Below are positions 39,601 to 55,265 of a stretch of DNA of 64,000 nt, one piece after another. The stretch lies in the NCBI GenBank assembly GCA_024704765.1, contig JAKMXF010000297.1, positions 186,001 through 250,000 on the forward strand. Direction: 5' to 3'. The first letter of the stretch is position 1; the number at the start of each line of letters is the position of its first letter. Source of the DNA: Oopsacas minuta. Lineage: Eukaryota > Animalia > Porifera. The position numbers were made by a program, and so were the translations under genes. A model generated the notes under the pieces. It made no database searches, was not told where the DNA came from, and saw nothing but the letters and a program-made list of their open reading frames with translations.

Positions 39601-41312
39601 CAGGTCAGACCCCCATAACTAACATGACACCTTACAACTTCAGTCCGTATAATCCAAACACAACACCTGGGGCAGCTGCTTTCTCTCCTGCTCCTAGTGA
39701 GGCACACTCATGGTGGTCCTCTCCCGCCTCCCCATTTTCAGGGAATATGGCTTCTCCTTCTAGTCCCATGCTTGATCCTTCAAAGGACTTAACCAAGAGT
39801 CCCTACTACTCCCCTACATCACCCGAATACTCTCCAGCGTTCGGCAGAGATTACTCACCCTCTAGTCCTCGCTACAGTCCTACCTCTCCTTCCTATTCAC
39901 CGTCATCTAATACATACAGTCCTACTTCACCTAACTACTCTCCTACATCTCCCTCTTACTCCCCTACTAGTCCCTCTTACTCTCCCACTAGTCCGAGCTA
40001 TAGTCCCACTTCTCCTTCCTACTCTCCTACCTCTCCATCCTATTCTCCAACATCTCCATCTTACTCTCCTTCTTCTCCTTCATATTCCCCCTCCTCACCT
40101 TCTTATAGTCCGACTAGTCCATCCTACAGTCCATCTACACCTGTCTACTCTCCAGCTAGTCCCTCCTATTCTCCTACTTCTCCCTCATATTCACCATCAT
40201 CTCCCTCTTACAGCCCAACTAGCCCTTCCTACAGTCCATCTTCTCCAAGCTACTCACCTACTTCACCATCTTATACTCCTACATCTCCATCCTACTCTCC
40301 TAGTTCTCCATCTTACTCTCCCTCCTCTCCTTCTTACTCTCCGACTTCTCCTTCCTACTCCCCCTCTTCCCCCTCTTATTCTCCCTCCTCCCCTTCATAC
40401 TCGCCTTCCAACACCTACAGTCCTACCTCACCAAAGTACACACCCACATCTCCTCAATACACACCCTCTTCACCTAAATACAGTCCAACATCTCCTCAAT
40501 ACTCTCCATCCAGTCCTCGTTACTCCCCCACCTCTCCTAATATATCTCCCTCTACCCCTCAGTACAGCCCTTCATCCCCTCACTACAGCCCATCCTCTCC
40601 AGAGGGCAGTAACCAGTTAACACCCTCTCCTAAATACAGCCCTTCTTCACCGAAATATTCTCCTACCTCTCCGAAGTATTCCCCTACTTCCCCTGGTTCT
40701 GAGGTGTCACCAGAATCTCGTCAATACTCCCCCACATCTCCTCAGTACTCTCCCTCCACAGGCTCGGCCTCATCTCCTAGATACTCTCCTACATCTCCTC
40801 AGTATTCCCCCTCATCCCCACAATACTCTCCCTCGTCTCCTCAATACTCACCCACTTCTCCCCAATACTCCCCCTCATCCCCACAGTACTCCCCTACATC
40901 TCCCAAGTACACACCAGAACAACAGTCCTCAGGAGACTCTTCCAGTCCCCAATACACACCCACTTCCCCACAGTACACTCCACACACTCCAACAGATTCA
41001 GCTACCCCCTCCACTCCTTACTCACCCTCTACCCCCTCCTCTCCTAACTATACTCCTAATTATACCCCTGGATCTATAGACCCCTCCCCACCCCGCTATT
41101 CCCCCCACTCTCCTACTTACTCACCCTCCTCAGGTTACACTCCTGACCCCCACAACACCTCTCCTGACAATCTACAGTCTCCAGCTATACAGCCGATATC
41201 TCCTGATGACAGGTACTCTCCCTCTCGACCCTCGGCCTACTCCCCTGTGAGTCCAGATGGGTACAGCTCTCAGTACACACCCTCTGGTTCCGACAGGATG
41301 GATACTGACTGA
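33686..41312 (+). CDS. POLR2A: RNA polymerase II largest subunit, multi-exon
   Basis: GGLMDPRQG zinc region, [13 protein letters not shown], catalytic [11 protein letters not shown], bridge helix GLIDTAVKT, trigger loop [11 protein letters not shown] and a YSPTSPS heptad CTD. Confidence 0.97.
34740..34883. mobile_element. Degenerate pogo/Tigger-like MITE in an RPB1 intron
   Basis: TA|CAGTGGAACCTCGTTAATACG left end with a decayed inverted copy near 34861-34883. Confidence 0.4.
39807..41309 (+). repeat. Pol II CTD heptad array (coding)
   Basis: About 50 Y[S/T]P[T/S]SPx units by manual count, plus a degenerate tail. Confidence 0.95.
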
Positions 41313-41846
41313 GTAGCATGTATGTAACTGTAGGAACTGTGTTATGATTCTAGACCTACTTGTTTGTTACTGTATTGGCTAGCTAGTTACTAGTGGATTA
41401 ATTATTCCTAATTACTACCTGCAGATTCAGTATGATATATTTCTATAAAATATCATTTTCTCTTATGGGATCATTGGACATGTTAGTTTAATATTACAGC
41501 TGTTTTATCGACAGCTTCCCTATGATTAAGATTGCAATAAAACACGTTTAGTATCCTCGCGTTCCTCTAAGGCTACTTTTAAACGAGTTTGAATAAACTG
41601 AATTATATTAATCGAACTTCATAATATATATGCAAATCTATATACCCTTTTCAAACCTGAAACGTGGCTATAATACTATAATTCTATAAATTTATTAATT
41701 CAGTAATTTCAGAATTAGGCAGTATCATCATAAGTAGCATGACATAGTACTAGCAAAGTACAATTGACTTGAGAGCCCTGTTTTCAGGTTCTGTAAATAC
41801 CCTGCCAATAATAGACAGGAAGCTTGTTTCACTCAGTAGTTTCAAG

Positions 41847-42539
41847 TTACTTGATATTTAGAGCTTGTAACTGGCTTTCTATTGTCTTCATTTCTTGCAC
41901 CCATTCTCCTTTCTTTCCAACCTTAATTTCTTCTTCTTCATTCAGAGTATCTTTGCTGAGAAGTTTATCCACCTGATCTAATTTCTTTCTTAACTTATGT
42001 ATTTGCTTCTCCAGCCCTTTATTCTGTTCTGATAGTTCATCACTTATCTCTACATGTTTACTGTCTTTAGTTCCTGCAATGCTATTCTTGGATTTGATAA
42101 TCTCTACTGTAGCTTCATTACTTTTAGTAGCACCTGAAGTTTGTACCTTTTTCTTAGATTTGATAGTTTCTAGTGGGTTATCATCGTTGCTTATACCGTT
42201 CTGAAATGCGCCTTTATCAGACAATTCTTTTGGAAACAAATGGTCGTTATGCTCGGGAGAGCCAATCGATTGATTTAGAAGCTTTTTCTCTTTCTTATTT
42301 TTGCGTTTTCTCTCATTTTTTATTTGATTTTTTGTCTTAGGTAGTTGAATAGTTGGGCTCTCTTCAATTATCATTTTAGTCGGGAAATAATCATCATTGG
42401 TTTGTGCGACTCTGTGAGGAGGGACATATGCGTCTGTTTCATCAGGAGGTAAATACCCTTCTTTCACTTTTATAGGTTTTCTTGGCGTTCCATCGGGACG
42501 AAGTGCTCTCTGTATTACTCGATAACCACCAGTTGCCAT
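41847..42539 (-). CDS. PYM1: Partner of Y14 and Mago (WIBG)
   Basis: N-terminal RPDGTPRKPIKVKEGYLPPDE Mago-binding motif and C-terminal KQIHKLRKKLDQVD coiled coil. Confidence 0.85.
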   Translation of the reverse strand: MATGGYRVIQRALRPDGTPRKPIKVKEGYLPPDETDAYVPPHRVAQTNDDYFPTKMIIEESPTIQLPKTKNQIKNERKRKNKKEKKLLNQSIGSPEHNDHLFPKELSDKGAFQNGISNDDNPLETIKSKKKVQTSGATKSNEATVEIIKSKNSIAGTKDSKHVEISDELSEQNKGLEKQIHKLRKKLDQVDKLLSKDTLNEEEEIKVGKKGEWVQEMKTIESQLQALNIK

Positions 42540-42720
42540 GAGTCAAACAATTTCTCGAGAGTATATAACCAGTAAAATTCGTATTTATACTTTATAGCTA
42601 TAGATAGAATTTATATTTTACCAGATTACTACTGTAAACCTCGGTTAAATGGAAGCAAGGAAATTTGAATTAAAAGAATGAATTAAATTGAAAATAAAGT
42701 TAAAATCAAATACAAGAAGC

Positions 42721-42800
42721 AGTTTCCCACAGTTTCGCACAGTTTCCAGCAATTTCGCAGAGTTTCGCAGAGTTTCCCGCGGTTTCCAGCAGCTTCTAGC
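42721..42800. repeat. 10-bp-period minisatellite, 8 copies (consensus AGTTTCNCAS)
   Basis: agtttcccac/agtttcgcac/agtttccagc/aatttcgcag/agtttcgcag/agtttcccgc/ggtttccagc/agcttctagc. Confidence 0.85.
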
Positions 42801-43267
42801 AACATATGGTGAATATCTGTTACTTTAGTACATAAAGCAAACAAATTTCAAAATTGTGGTAGATTCATACCTTCAACGGTTACACTGGGGTAATCGGGGG
42901 ATGCTGAGTCCGAATATGATTTTGTAAATAACATATTGTGGATATTTGTTTACTTTTAGGGAAATATGTAATTCTGTATATTTTTGTTTATCAATTGCCC
43001 AAATACATTTAACCACTACACGAAAGAGGTTTTTTATACACGAAAAGGGGTAATTGTGCACGAAGCAGGCTGATTGTGCTTTTGCATTATGAGCTTGGTG
43101 AATTCAATTTTATCTTTATTCATGTTTAATTGTTTTAGTAACCTTCTAAACTAAACTCTTTCATTTTGTATTGCTTTTTGTACTGAAATTCATTCAAATT
43201 TCCTTGCGTCCCTTATCCTGTTCTATAGAGGTTTCTGGTGTATTCATAGCTCTGATACGAATTTATA

Positions 43268-43774
43268 ATGGAATATTACGGCACTTATTCTTCACCTTTC
43301 GGCCTTCTAACAATTAATTTTGATGACAAAGGTGTTTCACAACTACAGTGGTCCTCCACTACAGCAATAGAATGCGACAATACTTGTACTGATAATAAAC
43401 ACTTCACTCAAGCAATCGCTTGGCTAGATTATTATTTCGGTAAAACTAACGAAAAAGTAGAATTACCCCAATTAAATTTGGACAAATATACTGCATTTCA
43501 TACAAAAGTGTGGAGGGTTTTGTTAGAAAAAACGAAAGAGGGAATGAGCTTGTCCTATTCAGACTTGGCTCAGCTGATTGGCTCTCCCCACGCGGCACGA
43601 GCAGTGGGTACAGCAATGAAACGCAACCCACTCCCTCTATTTATACCATGTCATCGTGTGCTCCCTAAGAGAGGCGGTTTCGGAAGCTACTCAGGAGGAC
43701 ATGGAGCTAGTACAAAGAAACAATTACTGGAACATGAAGCTAGAGTAGTGAAGCAACGCAAACAACTAGAATGA
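43268..43774 (+). CDS. MGMT: O6-methylguanine-DNA methyltransferase
   Basis: YSSPFGLL, AFHTKVW, SYSDLAQLIGSPHAARAVGTAM HTH and active site IPCHRV. Confidence 0.95.
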   Translation: MEYYGTYSSPFGLLTINFDDKGVSQLQWSSTTAIECDNTCTDNKHFTQAIAWLDYYFGKTNEKVELPQLNLDKYTAFHTKVWRVLLEKTKEGMSLSYSDLAQLIGSPHAARAVGTAMKRNPLPLFIPCHRVLPKRGGFGSYSGGHGASTKKQLLEHEARVVKQRKQLE

Positions 43775-43874
43775 TAGATGAACTAACTATTGAATGTATA
43801 AACTTAGAGAATAGTTAATTATTACTAAACTAATAAACATTTCTAATTTCGTATATTTATCTATACCAGTACCT

Positions 43875-44987
43875 CTAAGACTGTGGTATAGTAAATAGAG
43901 GCTGTAGAGTTGGTAGAGAGAAGGGTAGTTCTAGACTAGTCTGCTTGATCCACTCAGTCACATTCTTCTGTAACTTTATCTCTTCTAAGATATTACGATT
44001 TGTAAGGTAAGAGAAAGCTACAATATCTGCTAGAGACATTTGGTCCCCTACTAGCCAGCGATTCTTCCCAAAGTGTGCATTTAGATTTTTGATAAGATTC
44101 TGTTTCTCTTTGCTAGATCCAGCTAACAGTTGCATAGAGAATGAATTGATCCAGTGGTCTATCTCAGTAGCTATCTGAGGAGTAGATTCCTCGTATAGAT
44201 CTTCTGCATACAGTCTACACAGATACTTGGCTATAGTGTGATCACAGTATATAGTAGTCTGAGAAGCTGATATTTGTAGAGTTGGTTTATCTGCCTCTCC
44301 TTTCCATATAAGAGTTAGTATTAGTTTTGGCTGGATAGACTTTTCCACATGTTGTAGTAAGGTAGAACTGAGAGGATATGGAGTAGAGAGGGTAGAGTGA
44401 CACATACTCCTCCAAGATACAGGAGTATATTTTTGAAGGTGTGAAAATACGAGAAGTGTCGCTGAAGGTGGATTGTCTGGATGACACTTTACGACAGCAT
44501 CAACAGGGATAGGAGGAGGTTGAATAGTGGATTGTTTAGCAGGTTCAGGTGTGCTACGAGGAGATGCAGTTCTTCTCTGCTGCTTCAATAAATTCATTTC
44601 GTGTTTGAGATTAGTCACCATCTGATTGATACTATCTTGTCTCTTTTCTAACTTTGCGAATTGGTTTCCCCTGTCTACCTTGTTTGATTCTGACTCTCTT
44701 TCTAATTGGAGAGTTTTCTTATTACAAGCATCAACGCGTGTTTTGAGAGATCCCAGTTCCTTCTCTATTTCCAAATGTACGCTCTCAAGCTGTCGCAAAT
44801 CATCCTCTGAATACGAGCTAACGTCATTCGACACGTTCATCTCTCCACTAGCACTAGAGGGCGGCCGAGCAGGGAAATAAGGTGCCATACGGTACATACC
44901 AGAGGTGGATGGGTATACAGGTTCATTAGGAAATGTGTATGGACGCATGTGATACATTGGCTGGACAGGAGTCGAACGAGCAGCCAT
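43875..44987 (-). CDS. AIMP2: Aminoacyl-tRNA synthetase complex scaffold p38
   Basis: MYHMRPY start motif, leucine zipper LEKRQDSINQMVTNLK, DAVVKCHPDNPP and LTLIWK thioredoxin-like part, GST C-terminal domain (SLADIV). Confidence 0.8.
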   Translation of the reverse strand: MAARSTPVQPMYHMRPYTFPNEPVYPSTSGMYRMAPYFPARPPSSASGEMNVSNDVSSYSEDDLRQLESVHLEIEKELGSLKTRVDACNKKTLQLERESESNKVDRGNQFAKLEKRQDSINQMVTNLKHEMNLLKQQRRTASPRSTPEPAKQSTIQPPPIPVDAVVKCHPDNPPSATLLVFSHLQKYTPVSWRSMCHSTLSTPYPLSSTLLQHVEKSIQPKLILTLIWKGEADKPTLQISASQTTIYCDHTIAKYLCRLYAEDLYEESTPQIATEIDHWINSFSMQLLAGSSKEKQNLIKNLNAHFGKNRWLVGDQMSLADIVAFSYLTNRNILEEIKLQKNVTEWIKQTSLELPFSLPTLQPLFTIPQS

Positions 44988-45585
44988 TATATCTAATTAC
45001 AAATATTATTATATGTTATACCCTCGCTGATCAGAACAGCACACTGTTCCAATTGCAAAATATTTGGCTCGGTTTAGCGAAATGCATTGAAACAATACTA
45101 TAGGATTTTGGAGTGCATCTTTTAGAAAGTTGTATAAACAATGAAAAAGGTCAAGTTAGAAAATTCACAACCGACGAATGTATGACATAATTGTCACCTT
45201 TTTTGATATTTGAGAAATCATATTATTTATCAACCACTGCTCATCTAATATACTTGATAAATGTTTGAAAATATAATCGCATGTACTCAACACGCCAAAA
45301 TGTCCCAACATAATGATATTGACCAAATATAATCTCATCATGGGATTATTACGTCATCAATATTATACAAAAATTCACGTATTCCGATACTTTATGATAA
45401 TTTTCTAGAAATCTAGGTACGTGGCACCAAGATTGCTATCGCAACTTCAAAATTCATAAAATTTCAAATATTTTTGATTTCGAGGAAAGTAGTACTGAAA
45501 CAGAAGTGGTTGTGTTTGGAGAACGACATAATGTTTTAATAGAGAATAAACGTAATAATAAATCACTGATAAATAGTGAATGAAT

Positions 45586-46281
45586 TCAACCATCAATTGG
45601 GTGATCTATCCCTCCCCACCCAGCGTATCTACTGTTTATTGGATATTTCAGAAATCTAGATGACGTCATATACGCTTTGATAGCGGGAAGCTCTCCAAAC
45701 CTGTTAGCATAGCCTACGAAGAGTGGGTACTTTTCTCGTAATACCGGTAACAACAAGAAGTGAGTATCTATTATCTCATAGAATATGAAATCTACATATG
45801 TCAGTTCATCCCCTGCAAGCCATATGTTCTTATTCAAAATCTTCACAATAGGTTCAATGAATTTACTTTCTATTGAGATAAGGTATTTCTCTAACAACTG
45901 TGTATATTTTTGATCGTAAGAAACAGCCCAATAAGCTACATGCCAATCATATAACACATTCTCTATCATAGAAACAAATCCTCTTTCCTCAATACTCTTT
46001 CCTACCAAATCATTCTTGTCTGCGATGTACCTTGTAATAGCATTACTCTCTGTCAACTTGTAATCTCCGTCTATATAATAGGGAAGATTAGGGAAATCTA
46101 ACCCTAGGTTGTATTTTACATTAAACCAATCACTCTTATCATATTCAGGTGGATCACCCTGCTTGTACAGGATCTCTTCATATGGAGTGTTAGTGTATTC
46201 TAATAGGAGTCTGATTTGTTGAGCTATTCCACGTGTCTTCCAATATCCCAATACACGTACTACTTTATTTACCTCTGCCAT
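45586..46281 (-). CDS. Mu-class glutathione S-transferase, copy 1, intronless
   Basis: LGYWKTRG catalytic Tyr, mu-loop GDPPEYDKSDW, LGLDFPNLPYYIDG, TESNAI. Confidence 0.93.
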   Translation of the reverse strand: MAEVNKVVRVLGYWKTRGIAQQIRLLLEYTNTPYEEILYKQGDPPEYDKSDWFNVKYNLGLDFPNLPYYIDGDYKLTESNAITRYIADKNDLVGKSIEERGFVSMIENVLYDWHVAYWAVSYDQKYTQLLEKYLISIESKFIEPIVKILNKNIWLAGDELTYVDFIFYEIIDTHFLLLPVLREKYPLFVGYANRFGELPAIKAYMTSSRFLKYPINSRYAGWGGIDHPIDG

Positions 46282-46558
46282 ATTGTATTTATACTAATTG
46301 CCTAGATAAATGCGGACTTCACTTATATTATATTTTGCTTTGGAATGACTAATTAAAATTATACTGTTCCTATTGAATACAACCTCCAAGTGGAAGTGCT
46401 GATTCGACAAAAAAGGTCCCTAAACTATCAACAAATTACTAATATAATTATTCGAAATAATCTAACTCACAAATAGAATTCAATTCTAGAAAACTATAGA
46501 GTAAATAATAATAAAGTAAGGGCCTAAAAGCAATAGCATTCAAAGATACATAAGCTCT

Positions 46559-47242
46559 CTATATGGAGTCTCCCTTGCCACCCCAAGATGCAATCTTATT
46601 GTTGAATGGATAGCTGATATATTCCGCAGACTCCATATAAGACTTGATAGCAGGTAGAGCTTCAATCTTCTTTGTATATTCCAATAGTTTAGGATACTTT
46701 TCTTTAAAAGAAGGATCCATAGCAAAAGCTACTATTAAGTATTCATAGAGCATAAAGTCTACAAAAGTTGTTTCATCTCCTATAACCCATGGTCCCTTCT
46801 CGAGGATACTAGCAAACTTCTGAAGGTACTTAGCCTCAACATCCTTCAATAAATTGGCCTTCTGTCCCTCAAAATCAGGAGAATAAGCAGCTTTCGAATT
46901 TTGGGTTCTCCAAGTACAAATAACTTCTTCCACCATTCTTACCCGTGCTCTGGTTTCTGGATCTTTCCCAAGGAGATTATTCTTATCAGCTATGTAACGA
47001 ATTATAGCACCGCTCTCCGTTATCTTGAAATCTCCGTCAATGTAATAAGGAAGATTCGGGAAATCTAACCCTAAGGTAAACTTAACGTCACGCCAGGACT
47101 TAGAAGAATATTCAGGGGCATCTCCTAGCTCGTATAACTCATCCTGAAAAGGAGTGTTAGTGTATTTGAGTAGCATTCGTATTGGTTGAGCTAATCCTCT
47201 GATCTTCCAGTATCCAAGTTTAGGTTTTTGTTGTTCTGCCAT
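46559..47242 (-). CDS. Mu-class glutathione S-transferase, copy 2, intronless
   Basis: LGYWKIRGLAQPIR, mu-loop GDAPEYSSKSW, LGLDFPNLPYYIDG, TESGAI. Confidence 0.93.
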   Translation of the reverse strand: MAEQQKPKLGYWKIRGLAQPIRMLLKYTNTPFQDELYELGDAPEYSSKSWRDVKFTLGLDFPNLPYYIDGDFKITESGAIIRYIADKNNLLGKDPETRARVRMVEEVICTWRTQNSKAAYSPDFEGQKANLLKDVEAKYLQKFASILEKGPWVIGDETTFVDFMLYEYLIVAFAMDPSFKEKYPKLLEYTKKIEALPAIKSYMESAEYISYPFNNKIASWGGKGDSI

Positions 47243-47603
47243 TTAGTCTACAATTTAATGAATGGTATATATACATTATATGTATTCGTCAATGTGTGCA
47301 ATTGACCAATTTAATAATAAAATAACTTGTCAAAGCCAAAGTATTAGATCTAGAATTCTAGATTCTAGAATCATGCTATCCTCCTAGCAAATTAAAGATA
47401 AGATGATAGCCAGCAATACGATAATTTCAGTTATAAGATGTTCTTATAACTGGCATCCACTGTATTCCTCATTTATAGTAATGTCCGCTAACGCCCTTAC
47501 CCAGTGCAGCGTATATTCATTAAACCAACATAACATGTATAATCAGCATATTTACAGCTAGAATAATACCTGTATCTTGGAGAATAACGTCATATTATGA
47601 TTA

Positions 47604-47630
47604 ATATATATATATATATATATATATATA
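47604..47630. repeat. (AT)n microsatellite
   Basis: About 13 uninterrupted AT units. Confidence 0.9.
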
Positions 47631-47681
47631 ACCTAAATCTGTAATAAATATCCTGGAGAATTGTAATTACATTTTGTAGGA

Positions 47682-52368
<4,687 letters not shown>

Positions 52369-52574
52369 CCTAACTTAACCAGGCTATTAGAATAGCCAGT
52401 AGCTATAGTAGATTATGTTGCAAAATTAATGGTATCGAGGAAGAGGGAATTTGTAGGTGAAGGTTTATACTAATTGCATAAGAAAACTACGTAATCGTGG
52501 GATAGATTTAGTCATTGGCTTAATATTACAGAGGTTCACTCAGAGGAGTTAACTTATCCCAACAAGATTGTGTA

Positions 52575-52648
52575 CAATGGAACCTCACGAAGCGAGGAGG
52601 TTGGGTCCCCAAGATTCTGTACCCCGGACCCGCTTCCCCACTTACAGA
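52575..52648. mobile_element. Possible small pogo-like MITE remnant
   Basis: TA-CAATGGAACCTC ... GAGGTTCATTTG imperfect inverted ends between NAA35 and MCM8. Confidence 0.3.
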
Positions 52649-52849
52649 GGTTCATTTGCATAAAATTAATATATGAAATAGATTTTATCCCGCTATTTAG
52701 ACATTCCTGGCTTCAGGAGGGGTTCTGTTGTATTTTCCTAATTATGTTAAATATATAAACTTGGAAATGATGCGCTTATTCTGCCAATAAATACAACTAA
52801 CAGTTGATATGATCAGGGACTTCAAAGAGAGTAAAATTCACCTGAAAAA

Positions 52850-55027
52850 TCAAAACAAACGAATGATAGGGAATTGTTTAGAGATAGAAAAATCAAATTG
52901 GGGAGGATTTGTATTATTCATCTTGTGTCCTGAAGCTGCTAGATTCATTGTCACTATGTTCATTTTTACAACTTTTAAGATTTTTTCTTGTTCAGGACTT
53001 TTAACATCAATATTGTCAAGACCAGTCTTTGCTACCTGAAAATGTTTAGATGAAGATTGTAGCATTTTGTCTCTATCTTCTGGGTTCAGTTGATCTATGT
53101 CTGAATTCTTAACGTACTTCTCATATAATAGAGGACTCGGAGTGGAGAGATAAGAAAATGGTAAAAATCTCTGTTCATAGCAATACTCTTTCTTTCCTAA
53201 ATCAAACTCAGGACAGATTATCTTATTAGCAAGCTTCAGGCCCTCAATAGCTCTGAGATAACCGATATTGATTAGTCTTAGAATATTCAGGAATATTCTC
53301 TCGCTATCAAATGCTTGTACTTTAGTTTCTAGATCTTTTTTATTGCGCTTTTTAGCCCCACTTCCTTTGCCTTTCTTTCCAACAGCCTCAGAAGTAGCTG
53401 CTAATAGATTCTGTATCATCTCACCACAAGATTGTCTGCACCCCAATAAATACTCCAAGTACCAGAATATGTAATGATACTCAAACAAACTATAGAGATC
53501 ATACTCGAACCCAAGTTGTAGATAATCTGTCATGATTTGTAGGAGATGGTAGAGTACCCAGGATACGTAGTAGCCTGTATGAGCTTCCTGAGGAGAAAAC
53601 TGTTCGCCTATTTTATGTAACTGTACATCAAACGAGTCAGCATCAGCCAACATTTGTCCTAGAGATTGAAAGATGGTCTGCTGGAGAGTTGTGTACTGTC
53701 GTGCTCTGCTCAGACATAGGTAGTGCATTACTTCTATTACTGTATCTTGTACATGTGTAAGGAACAGATTAACTAGTTTACGGGTTTGTGGTTTAGCTGA
53801 CATCTTAGAGGTTGAGTTGAGAGAAGGAGGGTTGCAAAAGAATTTTATTTCATCTTTCAACCATATGTCAAATTGGAAGTTCCCAAACAGGTGTTCGCGG
53901 TAGCAGATCATTGATTTGAGGTAGGATCGAGCGAGTACGTTAGGACGGAACTTCTCTATCGGATCCTTAGAGAAGCTAGTAGTAGCCTGGTATATTGCCC
54001 TGAAGTTGTCGTGTCTCAAAATCGATATAACTGAGGCTATATCTTCCAGAGAGTATTTAAGACAAACAGCTGATTCGTTAAAAGGTAGGAGAGATGTTTT
54101 TCTAGGGTTTGGAGGTAGAAGCGTTAAGTCAGAAGATCCAAATCCATACACACTCCACTGTGTTACTTCACTGGCATAACAGTGTGTCTTGCTTATGAAG
54201 GCTATTAGCTTGATAGCATCTGTGATATGTGAGTAAGCTGTCTCCATGAAGGAGAGGTCTGGAAACATATCTAGTAAACACGTCACAGAGTATAGTACTT
54301 GTATTAACCGTAATCTTAATACCAAACTCTCTTCTAGTGTCAAATCATCCATTAAATTAGCTGGAGATAGATTCTTGTTAGAGCAGTACCATTCAATTGT
54401 ATTTGCTAGTTCTTCTTTGATAGCATTAGGTTGTATATCTTCAAGAAAAGAATAATTGAAACTAAGGTCCATAGCATCCTCTTCCTCTTGTACACCAGCA
54501 CGATGTACTGCCTCTTTGAATGAGAACATTATCTTTACTAACGTTCTTGTGAAGCAGCGTACAATTCTATTCTGAATATCATCAGAATTTACTGTATAGT
54601 AAAAAGAGAACACAGTCTGTACAAGAGTGTTACCTTCTAGCCAAGTAGCCAAACAGCATAGTAGCTGATCAAGCACAGCTATTACTTCTCCATCACTCAT
54701 ATCTTCTCTGATACCAGATTCTAGTATCGCTTCCTTCTGTGTACATTTCTCATCAGTCTTAGCGTCACCAAGTTCGATAGCTGACATTCCATCTAGAAGA
54801 GTGAATGAGTCTACATGTATCATCTCCCCCAGGTCTAACTCAATACAAGCAGTTCTTATAGCCTCAGTGATATTTTCATAATCAGAAAAGATATCTTGGA
54901 TGCTTGGAGCAATAGCTTGATCAGGTATAGTAGCTGTCTTAATATTTGGATTACATTGGGACTCTTGTGTTGTTTTAGGTGTTAATTCCAATTCCTTTGA
55001 TTGATTTGTAGTATTTCTCAATGCCAT
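52850..55027 (-). CDS. NAA35: NatC auxiliary subunit (Mak10), intronless
   Basis: LDLGEMIHVDSFTLLDGMSAIELGDAKTD, CLATWLEGNTLVQTVF, LGFEYDLYSLFEYHYIFWYLEYL, YEQRFLPF, FDFSISKQFPII. Confidence 0.93.
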   Translation of the reverse strand: MALRNTTNQSKELELTPKTTQESQCNPNIKTATIPDQAIAPSIQDIFSDYENITEAIRTACIELDLGEMIHVDSFTLLDGMSAIELGDAKTDEKCTQKEAILESGIREDMSDGEVIAVLDQLLCCLATWLEGNTLVQTVFSFYYTVNSDDIQNRIVRCFTRTLVKIMFSFKEAVHRAGVQEEEDAMDLSFNYSFLEDIQPNAIKEELANTIEWYCSNKNLSPANLMDDLTLEESLVLRLRLIQVLYSVTCLLDMFPDLSFMETAYSHITDAIKLIAFISKTHCYASEVTQWSVYGFGSSDLTLLPPNPRKTSLLPFNESAVCLKYSLEDIASVISILRHDNFRAIYQATTSFSKDPIEKFRPNVLARSYLKSMICYREHLFGNFQFDIWLKDEIKFFCNPPSLNSTSKMSAKPQTRKLVNLFLTHVQDTVIEVMHYLCLSRARQYTTLQQTIFQSLGQMLADADSFDVQLHKIGEQFSPQEAHTGYYVSWVLYHLLQIMTDYLQLGFEYDLYSLFEYHYIFWYLEYLLGCRQSCGEMIQNLLAATSEAVGKKGKGSGAKKRNKKDLETKVQAFDSERIFLNILRLINIGYLRAIEGLKLANKIICPEFDLGKKEYCYEQRFLPFSYLSTPSPLLYEKYVKNSDIDQLNPEDRDKMLQSSSKHFQVAKTGLDNIDVKSPEQEKILKVVKMNIVTMNLAASGHKMNNTNPPQFDFSISKQFPIIRLF

Positions 55028-55091
55028 ATACTTAAGCCTAATTAATTAACTAAAAAACCTAATTCAAAAACCTATGTAAATTATATCAATA

Positions 55092-55141
55092 CAGTAATTC
55101 CCGTTATATCGAAGCTCAAGGGAGTTCGATATAACAGATGG
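55092..55141. repeat. Short hairpin / MITE remnant upstream of NAA35
   Basis: TA-CAGTAATTCCC terminus and a perfect 11-bp inverted repeat GTTATATCGAA / TTCGATATAAC. Confidence 0.45.
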
Positions 55142-55265
55142 AACTTTAATAATATAATAATCAGTAATCTCTAATTGAATGTAATTATTGGGAAATAGAA
55201 AGAAACGAGAAATAGACTGACCTACTCAACTATATATCATTCGAAAAGAAGCACAAATTAATGAC

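Noticed and set aside
43875-47242. AIMP2 and the two GSTs as one GST-fold duplication cluster
   Set aside because: AIMP2 and Mu GSTs diverged very early; adjacency is probably coincidental.
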